From: Clostridiales bacterium
Lineage (GTDB): Bacteria > Bacillota > Clostridia > Christensenellales > Borkfalkiaceae
Length of the DNA stretch: 64,000 bases
Direction: 5' to 3'
Assembly (NCBI GenBank): GCA_015055835.1
Contig: SVHJ01000003.1
Span: 13,257-77,256 of the forward strand
Below the pieces are notes generated by a model that had not been told where the DNA came from, did not search any database, and saw only the letters and a program-made list of their open reading frames with translations. Both the position numbers and the translations under genes were made by a program. Every line of letters begins with the position of its first letter. Position 1 is the stretch's first letter. Positions 9,077 to 17,435 of this stretch are shown here, one piece after another.

Positions 9077-9768
9077 TATATTTCTCCTTTAAATACCCCG
9101 TTTAATCCCCTTTTTTTGTTAGTTATTAAATGGTATTCCTTTTTTATATTTAAATCTATTTCCTTAGTTCCTTTACCAGCTAAAATAATTTCCCCGTTTA
9201 TACCTGCAACCTGTACGTAGTCTTCGGCTATCATTCCTATCGGCACGCCAAAAGCAAACGCACTTGCCCTTAACATTATTTGGGGAATTGAACTGGTTAT
9301 TTTTCTGTAAACGGAAACTATGACGTCACTTTCCCCTAAACTTAAAGTTTTTGATATTTCTGGGAAAAATATATCTTCTCCAACTATTACGCCTATTCTA
9401 CCTACGCTTGTATCGTAAATCCTAAAACCTCCTCCACCAGTAAATTCGCTATCATCAACGACGTTTACCATGTCGGATACACCTAAAATTTTCCCTTTAT
9501 CTGCTATTACTGCCGAGTGGCGATACATACCGTAAGTATCCGTATCACACCCACTTATAATAACCGTGTTTAAGTTTTTTGATAACTTTGCCACGTCTGA
9601 AAAATATTCAGTTTTTCCTTCTAGTTCGCTTTTATAACTAACAAGAGGAAGTCCGTTAAACCCAAACACTAATAGGTCTGATTTTTGTACGCTTTCTAAA
9701 TTATTATGCCAAAAAGAATTTAAATTTTGGCTAGAAACAAAACAAATTTTCAAAGAAATCTCCAACAT
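9076..9768 (-). CDS. Carbon-nitrogen hydrolase-like protein, probably catalytically inactive
   Basis: The 230-aa protein has GRIGVIVGEDIFFPE, which resembles the nitrilase-superfamily IC(Y/W)D..FPE block with Gly in place of the catalytic Cys. Its stop overlaps the trmL start (TAATG). Confidence 0.4.
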   Translation of the reverse strand: MLEISLKICFVSSQNLNSFWHNNLESVQKSDLLVFGFNGLPLVSYKSELEGKTEYFSDVAKLSKNLNTVIISGCDTDTYGMYRHSAVIADKGKILGVSDMVNVVDDSEFTGGGGFRIYDTSVGRIGVIVGEDIFFPEISKTLSLGESDVIVSVYRKITSSIPQIMLRASAFAFGVPIGMIAEDYVQVAGINGEIILAGKGTKEIDLNIKKEYHLITNKKRGLNGVFKGEI

Positions 9769-9808
9769 TTCGTATTCTATACATAATATTGAAAATCATT
9801 CTTTTTTG

Positions 9809-10741
9809 TTAAAGATATTCGTTAAATAATTCCTTTAATTCGCTAGTTGTTTCCGTCATATTTGCTTTTACCCTTAGCTCTTTAACGTTCATACCTTTTA
9901 AATAGTAAGGCAAAAACTTCCTAAAATTAATTGCAACGCGTTTATCAGGATATTTTGTAAGCAATAAATCTAAATGTTTTATTAGCGTTTCTTTTAAATT
10001 AAAGTCGTATTCTATCCCTTGAAGCTGACTAAATATGTAAGGTCTTATCATTGCGCCACGACCTATCATAACGCCGTCTGCACCCGTTTTTTCCATCATT
10101 TCATCAGCCGTTTCTTTTGAAACTATACTGCCGTTTGCTATAATTGGTATTTTAACGGCTTTTTTAGCCTTTTTAATTTCATCAAAAAAAATATCGCCAG
10201 AATAGTACATTTCCCTAGTTCTGCCGTGAATCGTTATTAAACTTGCCCCTGCGCCCTCTAACATTTTGCAAAATTCTTCGGTTATCAAATTATCTTGCTT
10301 TAAACCTGTACGAATTTTTACCGTTATAATTTTGCCTGTTTTTACACATTCTTTTACTATTTTTTCAGCAAGGTCAGGCTTAGCAAGTAACGCGCTACCC
10401 TCACCGTTTTTTATAATTTTAGGTACGGGACAACCCATATTTATATCTATTATAGGAAAAGGCGCTAAATCTTCACTTAAAATTGCCTCTTTCATACAAA
10501 CTGGGTCTGAACCGAAAATTTGCGCAGAAGTTAACCCGTCGTCTACCGTGTGTAAAAGATCTTTCGTTCCTTTTGCTTTATAAATTATGCCTTTTGCACT
10601 AACAAGTTCGGTAACTAAAAGCCCAGCGCCATAATCACTTGCTATTTTTCTTAACGCAAAATCAGTAAATCCTGCCATTGGCGCTAAGAATAGGTTGTTT
10701 TTTATTGTAACGTCACCAAGCTTTATAGACTTTATATCCAT
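9809..10741 (-). CDS. dusB: tRNA-dihydrouridine synthase
   Basis: FLAPMAGFTDFALR, DINMGCPVPKI and TIHGRTREMYYSG motifs typical of the Dus family. 310 aa. Confidence 0.85.
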   Translation of the reverse strand: MDIKSIKLGDVTIKNNLFLAPMAGFTDFALRKIASDYGAGLLVTELVSAKGIIYKAKGTKDLLHTVDDGLTSAQIFGSDPVCMKEAILSEDLAPFPIIDINMGCPVPKIIKNGEGSALLAKPDLAEKIVKECVKTGKIITVKIRTGLKQDNLITEEFCKMLEGAGASLITIHGRTREMYYSGDIFFDEIKKAKKAVKIPIIANGSIVSKETADEMMEKTGADGVMIGRGAMIRPYIFSQLQGIEYDFNLKETLIKHLDLLLTKYPDKRVAINFRKFLPYYLKGMNVKELRVKANMTETTSELKELFNEYL

Positions 10742-12062
10742 TTATGCCTTCCCTACTTTCATTAAATCTTATAATACAAATATACAATAAATTAAGAAAA
10801 GTAGCAACTAAAAAAGCGCATATTGAGGCGATTACCCCTGCATAAACGTTTACGTTTTGATTAAATAGTAAAATTACCGTGATTGGTATTTTTATGCTTA
10901 TTGCTATTAACATATTAAATAGCGACCTATAAGATTTATCTAAACTAATTAAAATTGCGTTGGTTGTTTGCGTTAAAGAAAGCAAAATTACTATCGGCGA
11001 CATTGTTTTTAATAACCCTATCAAAGTCGTTTTGCTAGTATAATCTAACCTAAAAAACAAAATATTTACTATTTTATCAGCAAAAAATAGTATAAATAAA
11101 AAGCAAGGAACTGATAAAATTAAGGTTAATAAAATTGAAAAAGACATTCCATTTTCTTTTTTCTTACCTTTTACTTTTGAAATTAAAGGTATAAGGGCTA
11201 TTGAAACACCGTAACAAACTGAAACTGGCATATTTATTACAGAATGCGCTGAGCCGGAAAACAAACCGTAAAGTAGGGTTGCGTCTTCTCGATAACTTTT
11301 TAGCACGTTTATTATTAAAAAACTATCAATTAAATGAGATATTGGAAGAGATATTCCAATTAACATTATTGGAATTGCCGTTTTAAAAAGATGTTTTGTT
11401 AATTTTTTTTGTTCGGTTTTTTCTAGTTTTATATACAATCTTTCTTTCGTCTTTTTCTTATAATAAACCACTAAAAAGGTTAAAGCAATTAATTCGCTTA
11501 AAGTTACTGCTAAGGTTGCCCCACTAACTGAAAAAGTTAAACTTGCTACTAACACATTAACAAGTACTAAGCCAAATACAAGTTTTACCCCTTGTTCAAC
11601 TATTTGAGAAATAGCAGTTGGATACATATTTATTTTAGATTGAAAAAACCCTCTAAAACAAGAAATCAAACTAACTAGGAAAACTGACGGAGCTAAAAAT
11701 AGATAAGGGAAAAAAGCATTTTTATCCCCCTGTAAATAGGAAATAGGTTTAGCAAAAAATATTAAAAAAGCCATCCCAAAAAGCCCTATAAAAAATAGTG
11801 CTTTTAATGACGCATAAAAGTATTTTTGTCTTTCTTTTTTCTCTTCAATTTGTACTAAATTTTTTGAAAGAGCAGTTGGTACTGCCATTGAAAAATCAAG
11901 TAGTAGTGCGTAAACTGGAAAGACCATTTGATATAATCCAATACCAGTTCCACCTAAAAAATTAGTAAGGGGAATTCTATAAAATGCCCCTATTATTTTA
12001 GCAATAAAATTACCTATAGATATTACCAAAGTATTTTTTAAAAGTAAGCGTTTTTCCTGCAT
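10713..12062 (-). CDS. MOP-superfamily flippase (SpoVB/MurJ-like polysaccharide biosynthesis protein)
   Basis: The 449-aa polytopic membrane protein has an N-terminus (NTLVISIGNFIAKIIGAFYRIPLTNFLGGTGIGLYQMVFPVY) typical of SpoVB/MurJ-type flippases. No obvious SD precedes the ATG, and the 3' end overlaps dusB by 29 nt. Confidence 0.6.
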   Translation of the reverse strand: MQEKRLLLKNTLVISIGNFIAKIIGAFYRIPLTNFLGGTGIGLYQMVFPVYALLLDFSMAVPTALSKNLVQIEEKKERQKYFYASLKALFFIGLFGMAFLIFFAKPISYLQGDKNAFFPYLFLAPSVFLVSLISCFRGFFQSKINMYPTAISQIVEQGVKLVFGLVLVNVLVASLTFSVSGATLAVTLSELIALTFLVVYYKKKTKERLYIKLEKTEQKKLTKHLFKTAIPIMLIGISLPISHLIDSFLIINVLKSYREDATLLYGLFSGSAHSVINMPVSVCYGVSIALIPLISKVKGKKKENGMSFSILLTLILSVPCFLFILFFADKIVNILFFRLDYTSKTTLIGLLKTMSPIVILLSLTQTTNAILISLDKSYRSLFNMLIAISIKIPITVILLFNQNVNVYAGVIASICAFLVATFLNLLYICIIRFNESREGINGYKVYKAW

Positions 12063-12140
12063 ATGTAAGGGGTTTTTAAGGGTTTTCTATCACACATAAA
12101 GAGGTGCGTTTTCATTAGTAAATGCTTATGTTTTTTATGT

Positions 12141-12186
12141 AAAAATAAAAACCTTTATTACAGTATTTGTAAAAAAAGGTTTTTTA
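12141..12186 (-). terminator. Rho-independent terminator after minE
   Basis: Minus-strand RNA has AAAAACCTTT ... AAAGGTTTTT (12146-12185) followed by a U-rich tract. Confidence 0.5.
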
Positions 12187-12198
12187 TGTTTTTTTTGT

Positions 12199-12444
12199 TT
12201 AATCTTTAGGTAAAACCCCAAAAGATTTTATTCTATTTGCGTTTGCAGTTACCGTTATTTTATAACTATCTCTTTCCCTTAAAATTGTTAAAACCGGCAC
12301 TTCTTTTAATTCAAAATAATCTTTTAAAAGTTCATATAAATCACTAACTACTAAATCCACGTAATCTTCTTTTACTAAAAATCTATCCCCTTCAATTATA
12401 TTTTTTAACCTAACTAATTCTTTCTTTGTAGTCACCTTTTTCAT
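12199..12444 (-). CDS. minE: Cell division topological specificity factor MinE (probable)
   Basis: The 81-aa ORF is translationally coupled to minD by an ATGA overlap at 12441-12444. Its size and position fit minE, but sequence similarity alone is modest. Confidence 0.6.
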   Translation of the reverse strand: MKKVTTKKELVRLKNIIEGDRFLVKEDYVDLVVSDLYELLKDYFELKEVPVLTILRERDSYKITVTANANRIKSFGVLPKD

Positions 12445-13223
12445 AGCCTTTTAAGCCCCCTTTTTATACTTCCAAAAAAGCCGGAGTACTTGCTTGTTGT
12501 ATCATAAATTTTTTTAGTGTTTTTTATTAAATTCATACTCAACATTCTATACGCTTTCCCTGAGGAACTATTTTTGGGTACGCCACCACTACTTAAAAAA
12601 ACAACGTCTTCTTCTGGTAGAACACCTATCAAATTTGTCTTAAGTAGCCCTTCTATATCGCTTGGCATCATCATTTTATTTTCTAAAATAAGATCTCCCC
12701 TTACCCTATTTATTACAAGCGAAACCTTTTCTAACCGATAGCTTTTTAGTATAGATATAACTTTATCAGCATCTCTTAAACTTGATAGTTGAGGGGTTGT
12801 TACCACAATTGCTTCATCTGCTATGGATATCGCTCTATGAAATCCTACGTCTATACCAGCAGGACAGTCAATTATTATAAAATCAAAAAGAGCGCTTACC
12901 TTTTCAATGATAAGTTTTATATTTTGCCCACTTATTAAATTTGTATTTTTAACCCCAACTGATGGTAATACGTATAAGTTTTTAAAGTCTTTTACTCCAA
13001 CTAGCGCTTGTTTTACCCTACATCTACCCTCAAACACGTCTACGATATCATAGGATATTTTATTTTCAACGCCCATAACTACGTCTAGGTTGTTAAGTCC
13101 AAAATCAAGGTCTATTAAAAGCACTCTATTCCCTAAATTACTTAAAACAACGCCTAAGTTGGAAGTAAGTGTAGTTTTACCAACTCCACCTTTACCAGAG
13201 GTTATAACTATTTTTCTTGCCAC
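12441..13223 (-). CDS. minD: Septum site-determining ATPase MinD
   Basis: Deviant Walker A box ITSGKGGVGKTT, IIIDCPAG, and a C-terminal amphipathic helix GFFGSIKRGLKRL. 260 aa. Confidence 0.9.
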   Translation of the reverse strand: MARKIVITSGKGGVGKTTLTSNLGVVLSNLGNRVLLIDLDFGLNNLDVVMGVENKISYDIVDVFEGRCRVKQALVGVKDFKNLYVLPSVGVKNTNLISGQNIKLIIEKVSALFDFIIIDCPAGIDVGFHRAISIADEAIVVTTPQLSSLRDADKVISILKSYRLEKVSLVINRVRGDLILENKMMMPSDIEGLLKTNLIGVLPEEDVVFLSSGGVPKNSSSGKAYRMLSMNLIKNTKKIYDTTSKYSGFFGSIKRGLKRL

Positions 13224-13250
13224 TGTTTCTCCTTTTTTATATTTTAAAAC

Positions 13251-13297
13251 AAAAAAAAGTACGAGTAATTGACTTTTTAGCCAAATGCTCGTACCTT
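13251..13297 (-). terminator. Hairpin plus T8 between the mreB-like gene and minD
   Basis: Minus-strand RNA has GGTACGAG ... CTCGTAC followed by TTTTTTTT. The loop is about 20 nt, so it is a weaker candidate. Confidence 0.45.
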
Positions 13298-13312
13298 TTG
13301 TCGAATTAATTT

Positions 13313-14320
13313 TTACTTTTCTAAGTTTAATTTCTTTAATAAAGTAGGTTTTCCAAGAAGTGCCCCTGCACCTTTTATAACAGAATAAGGACCGTCGTTT
13401 GCAACTACTACTTTTATACTAAATTTTTGCGCAAAATAATCTTCTATTCCATATATCATAGATGGTCCACCTGAAAGGAATATTCCGTTTTCACGAATTT
13501 CTGCTGATGCTTCAACAGGAAGTTTTGCAAGTAATGCTTGTGCAAGATCTGCTATTTTGTCGTAATATTTTTTTATTACTTCTACTATATCTTTTGACGA
13601 TACGGAAATTGATTTTGGTTTACCAGTTTCCACACATCTACCACTTACTGCAATAGACATTGTATCTTTTTCTACTAAACTTCCTACGTTTATTTTAATC
13701 TTTTCAGCCGTTTGAAGTCCTACTTGCAAACCAAAGTTTTCAATCAATAAATCAATTATGTCTGCATCTATTTTACTGCTACCGATATTAACTGAAAAAC
13801 CTGCAACAACCCCGTCTAGTGAAACCATACCCATATTAGTACTTCCACCACCAAATTCTATAACAAAATAAGGATTAGTTGCATTTAAAGTTATGTCTTG
13901 TCCTAACGCAGAAAGAACTGGAGATTCTATAAACTCTGTTTTTCCTATTCCTAGTTCGTAAGAAAGTTTTTTTAGTTTAGAAAAATAACTTCCGTCAGAA
14001 CCTGCAGGTACACTAAAAAGCACTGTTGAGCCTATACCTTTTTTGAATTCTATTTTCTTTAAGAATGTAGACAACACCTCTTTTGCAACGGTTTCGTTTA
14101 CAATTTCCCCCTCAAATACAGGAAAAATAATTTTACTGTTTGAGCCAGTTTTACCTATATACCTTTTAGCCTCTAAGCCAACGGCTTTTATTTTGTTTTT
14201 GCCTTTTACGTCGACTTCAAGACAAGCTACCGTTGGTTCACTAAGCACAACGCCGTAGCCTTGTTTATAAATATTAGTATATGAACTGCCAAAATCAATT
14301 GCTATTCTGTCCCCTGCCAT
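13313..14320 (-). CDS. Divergent MreB/Mbl-like actin-fold ATPase
   Basis: Actin-fold phosphate-1, phosphate-2 and adenosine motifs are recognisable (IAIDFGSSYTNIY; VIEFGGGSTNMGMVSL; GIFLSGGPSMIYGIEDYF) but clearly diverged from the canonical GIDLGTANT. The gene sits directly after maf, as mreB does in Firmicutes. Confidence 0.65.
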   Translation of the reverse strand: MAGDRIAIDFGSSYTNIYKQGYGVVLSEPTVACLEVDVKGKNKIKAVGLEAKRYIGKTGSNSKIIFPVFEGEIVNETVAKEVLSTFLKKIEFKKGIGSTVLFSVPAGSDGSYFSKLKKLSYELGIGKTEFIESPVLSALGQDITLNATNPYFVIEFGGGSTNMGMVSLDGVVAGFSVNIGSSKIDADIIDLLIENFGLQVGLQTAEKIKINVGSLVEKDTMSIAVSGRCVETGKPKSISVSSKDIVEVIKKYYDKIADLAQALLAKLPVEASAEIRENGIFLSGGPSMIYGIEDYFAQKFSIKVVVANDGPYSVIKGAGALLGKPTLLKKLNLEK

Positions 14321-14868
14321 AATAAAACATCCTTTAATATTTCTTCCGTTTCTTCCATAGGCATTCCAACTATATTAGAATAACTACCTTCAAAACTTTC
14401 CACTACTATATCGTCTTGTATAGCGTAACTACCAGCCTTATCTAAAACGTTATAGTCTTTTACGTATTTATCAATAATTTCATCAGTTAATTTTTTAAAT
14501 TTAACCTTTGAAACTACGCTTTTTGTTATAACCTTATTTTTTGTGTAAAAAGTAATACCCGTTATAACCAAATGCGTTTTACCACTTAATCTTTTTAAAG
14601 TGTTTTTTGCATCTAATAAATCAATCGGCTTTTCTAAAATTTCATCTTCAAACGAAACAACCGTATCTGCGCCGATAACTACCCCTTCTTTTACCCTTTC
14701 AAAAACTGATTTTGCTTTTAAAAAAGATAGGTTTTCCACCTTTTTTGAGGGATTTAAACTTTTATCTATACTTTCATCAACACAAGGAGATATAACTTCA
14801 AAATCAAAATTTGCTTTTTTTAAAAGTTCTATTCTTCTTGGCGAAGTACTTGCTAAAACTATTTTCAT
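14302..14868 (-). CDS. maf: Maf-like nucleoside triphosphate pyrophosphatase (septum formation protein)
   Basis: MKIVLASTSPRRIELLK..., GADTVV and AGSYAIQD motifs. 188 aa. Confidence 0.85.
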   Translation of the reverse strand: MKIVLASTSPRRIELLKKANFDFEVISPCVDESIDKSLNPSKKVENLSFLKAKSVFERVKEGVVIGADTVVSFEDEILEKPIDLLDAKNTLKRLSGKTHLVITGITFYTKNKVITKSVVSKVKFKKLTDEIIDKYVKDYNVLDKAGSYAIQDDIVVESFEGSYSNIVGMPMEETEEILKDVLLWQGTE

Positions 14869-14878
14869 CTTTTTATAT

Positions 14879-14909
14879 TAAAATCGCCGTGTTAAACGGC
14901 GATTTTTTA
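14879..14909. terminator. Rho-independent terminator hairpin after ppx
   Basis: AAATCGCCGT-GTTAA-ACGGCGATTT (14881-14905) with flanking T/A runs. Confidence 0.55.
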
Positions 14910-16442
14910 TTAAAGTATTTCTAAATTCTTTCTAAAGGTCTTTCTAAAATCAGCCGAAATTTGAAGTGCTTCGTTTATTTCTAACCCTGCATCCCCTTCA
15001 ACTTCCGTCTTCATTATAACAGAATCGCCTAAAATATCACAGTTTATGTTCTTAACAAGCCCTAAGCCACATCTATCTAAACTGTCGGCTAGTCTAAGCA
15101 TTACACCCATTTTCTTAACGGCTTCTAAATCTTCTTCCGTAACGAAATCTTTGTATCTTGCCCATTCGATTAAGTTTACGTCTTCAATACTACTATTTGA
15201 TACAACGAAAGATGCTAAAACCATATCCCTATGACTTATTCCGTATAAATTAGAGTTTAATACTACGTAGCCACTATGCTTTTCAAAGTTATAAAATTGA
15301 ACTTTATTTCCCGTTTCATGTAAGCTTGCTGCAACCTTCATTATCTTTAAATATTGTCTTGGGAATTTATGAAGAACTCTTAATTGCTTAAAGAGTTGCA
15401 CTGCTAAGTTAGTAACGTTATCAATATGTTCTTTATTACAGCCAAATTTGTTGATTATTGTATTTAAACTAAATCCTAAAACGTCTTGTATTGGCTTTTC
15501 TTGCGTTTGTGGAACTGCATAATTAAACATAAGACCTGTTCTTAAGCCACTTCCACTTATTATAACGTTTTCTATGTTCATATATTTTTTGAAAGCAGAA
15601 ATTGCAGCGAACGCACTTGGAAGAATATCTGCTCTTCCACTTGAAATTCCCTTTATCTTTCTCTTTCTATCTATATCAAGATTTTTAAGTAAGTTATAAG
15701 AATGTTCAAAATCTTCACCAGTAACAACGTAATTGTGAATGGTTCTTAATGGATATTTTCTCATTATCTTTGAAACTCTTGCTAGGTTTCTAAAAGAGCC
15801 ACCTACACCGATTAATTGTGTTTCTGGATCAACTTCTTTAAGCCATTCTATTTGCTTTAGTTGTTCTGTTAAAAAGTCTTCAATCTTATTTGCTGTTTCT
15901 GCTGGGTCTTCCCCTTCTTTTGCAAAAAGTTCTGTTAAAGTTATTGCACCAAATGGAAGCGTTGCGTAATTAAGTAAATTACGTCTATTGTAATAAACAA
16001 TTTTAGTACTGCCTCCACCGATTTCAAAAATTAAACCTTTGGCAATATCCATTGTATTGATTACGCCTTTATATACGTACATCGCTTCTTCTTCTGCTGT
16101 CAATACCCTTAATTTTATACCACAAATAGCTGAAACTTCATCTAAAAAGCTTCTTTGATTTTTTGCATGTCTAACTGCTGCAGTTGCTACTGCAATTATT
16201 TTATCTACTCTATAGGCATCACATAATTTTCGGAACATTTTTAAGGTGCAAACTGTTTCATGAATACGAGCTGGCTTTAAAAAACCATCTCTCTCCATTC
16301 CTTCACCTAATCTAGGGGCTTCTTTTAGTTGGTCCACAATAGAAAATGTTCCGTCGTTTAGTACATCAATTATAAGCAATCTCGTTGTGTTAGAACCAAG
16401 ATCTATTATCGCTATTTTTTCCAATTTTGTATCCGCTCCCAA
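14910..16442 (-). CDS. ppx: Ppx/GppA-family phosphatase (exopolyphosphatase) with a C-terminal HD-like domain
   Basis: IAIIDLGSNTTRLLI, EIGGGSTK and GVGGSFRNLA motifs. 510 aa. The start is uncertain: the track start is a TTG without a clear SD, and a second in-frame TTG lies 6 codons downstream. Confidence 0.8.
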   Translation of the reverse strand: MGADTKLEKIAIIDLGSNTTRLLIIDVLNDGTFSIVDQLKEAPRLGEGMERDGFLKPARIHETVCTLKMFRKLCDAYRVDKIIAVATAAVRHAKNQRSFLDEVSAICGIKLRVLTAEEEAMYVYKGVINTMDIAKGLIFEIGGGSTKIVYYNRRNLLNYATLPFGAITLTELFAKEGEDPAETANKIEDFLTEQLKQIEWLKEVDPETQLIGVGGSFRNLARVSKIMRKYPLRTIHNYVVTGEDFEHSYNLLKNLDIDRKRKIKGISSGRADILPSAFAAISAFKKYMNIENVIISGSGLRTGLMFNYAVPQTQEKPIQDVLGFSLNTIINKFGCNKEHIDNVTNLAVQLFKQLRVLHKFPRQYLKIMKVAASLHETGNKVQFYNFEKHSGYVVLNSNLYGISHRDMVLASFVVSNSSIEDVNLIEWARYKDFVTEEDLEAVKKMGVMLRLADSLDRCGLGLVKNINCDILGDSVIMKTEVEGDAGLEINEALQISADFRKTFRKNLEIL

Positions 16443-16499
16443 AATAAATTTTTACTCTAGTATTATATCACAACATTTTTGGTTTGTACATACCCTTTT

Positions 16500-16895
16500 T
16501 TAAATTTCTTTAACTTTTTTATTACCCTTTTTTACCTCTTTTATAAATAGTATTAACTGCAAAATTGCTAAGCCAATTAAAAATCCACCAAAAATTCTTT
16601 TTAGAAGTTCCCCTTTGATAATTTTGGCTAAAAAACACCCTCCTATTGCCGTTAAAGTCCCTGGTATTATGATATACAATACGCCTTTTGTATCCACTAG
16701 TTTATTTTTAAAATGCAAAATTAACGATATTACAGCCATTGGTATAAAACTTATTAAGTTTATAGCTTGACATAAATGTTGCTCTACATCATAAAAAATG
16801 TTTAGTAGTGGTATTAAAAAAGTTCCTCCTCCCATACCCATTCCTGCAAATGCGCCACCTATTAAACCTGACACGACAAACCACAAAAATTTCAT
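16500..16895 (-). CDS. TauE/SafE (TSUP) family half-size membrane transporter, subunit 2
   Basis: Begins MKFLWFVVSGLIGGAFAGMGMGGGTFLIPLL (ATG at 16893-16895, with SD AAGGAGA upstream). About 4 TM helices and the glycine-rich TSUP signature. Confidence 0.6.
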   Translation of the reverse strand: MKFLWFVVSGLIGGAFAGMGMGGGTFLIPLLNIFYDVEQHLCQAINLISFIPMAVISLILHFKNKLVDTKGVLYIIIPGTLTAIGGCFLAKIIKGELLKRIFGGFLIGLAILQLILFIKEVKKGNKKVKEI

Positions 16896-16905
16896 TCTTA
16901 TCTCC

Positions 16906-17301
16906 TTAAAATAATAACATTTTTCCACCTGCAAAAAGCATAACTAAAATAAAAATAACCGTAACCCACTTACAAGACAATTTTTTTAATAAAATAGAGC
17001 CTATTATTCCACCTAATATAACACCTATTCCGACTGGTAAACCCGTTTTTATTTCAAACTCGCCAAATATAAGATAAAATACTGCGCTAACTATGGTCAT
17101 AGGAAGAATAATTAGTATTGCCGTTGCGTGCGCAATTTTACTTTGCTTCGCTAAAATTAAGGTTAGTATGGGCACTATTATCATTCCTCCTCCACCACCA
17201 AAAATTCCGTTGATAAAGCCGGTAAATAGTCCTGCTATAATCATAATTATTTTTTCTTTTTTGCTGTCTTTTTTTATTTCCATACTGACTAGTTTTTGCA
17301 A
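16906..17301 (-). CDS. TauE/SafE (TSUP) family half-size membrane transporter, subunit 1
   Basis: GLFTGFINGIFGGGGGMIIVPILTL signature, about 4 TM helices, TAA stop 10 nt before the next half-gene. Confidence 0.6.
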   Translation of the reverse strand: MQKLVSMEIKKDSKKEKIIMIIAGLFTGFINGIFGGGGGMIIVPILTLILAKQSKIAHATAILIILPMTIVSAVFYLIFGEFEIKTGLPVGIGVILGGIIGSILLKKLSCKWVTVIFILVMLFAGGKMLLF

Positions 17302-17435
17302 TTTAAACTAAAAAATTATTTTTTTTAAAATTTTTGTTCCTTATTGCTTATAAAACTTTAAATATCGTTTGCTTTTTTCGCTAAAATACTATATACTTAT
17401 ATAAGATATTTTAAATTAATATAATAGGAGAGATT

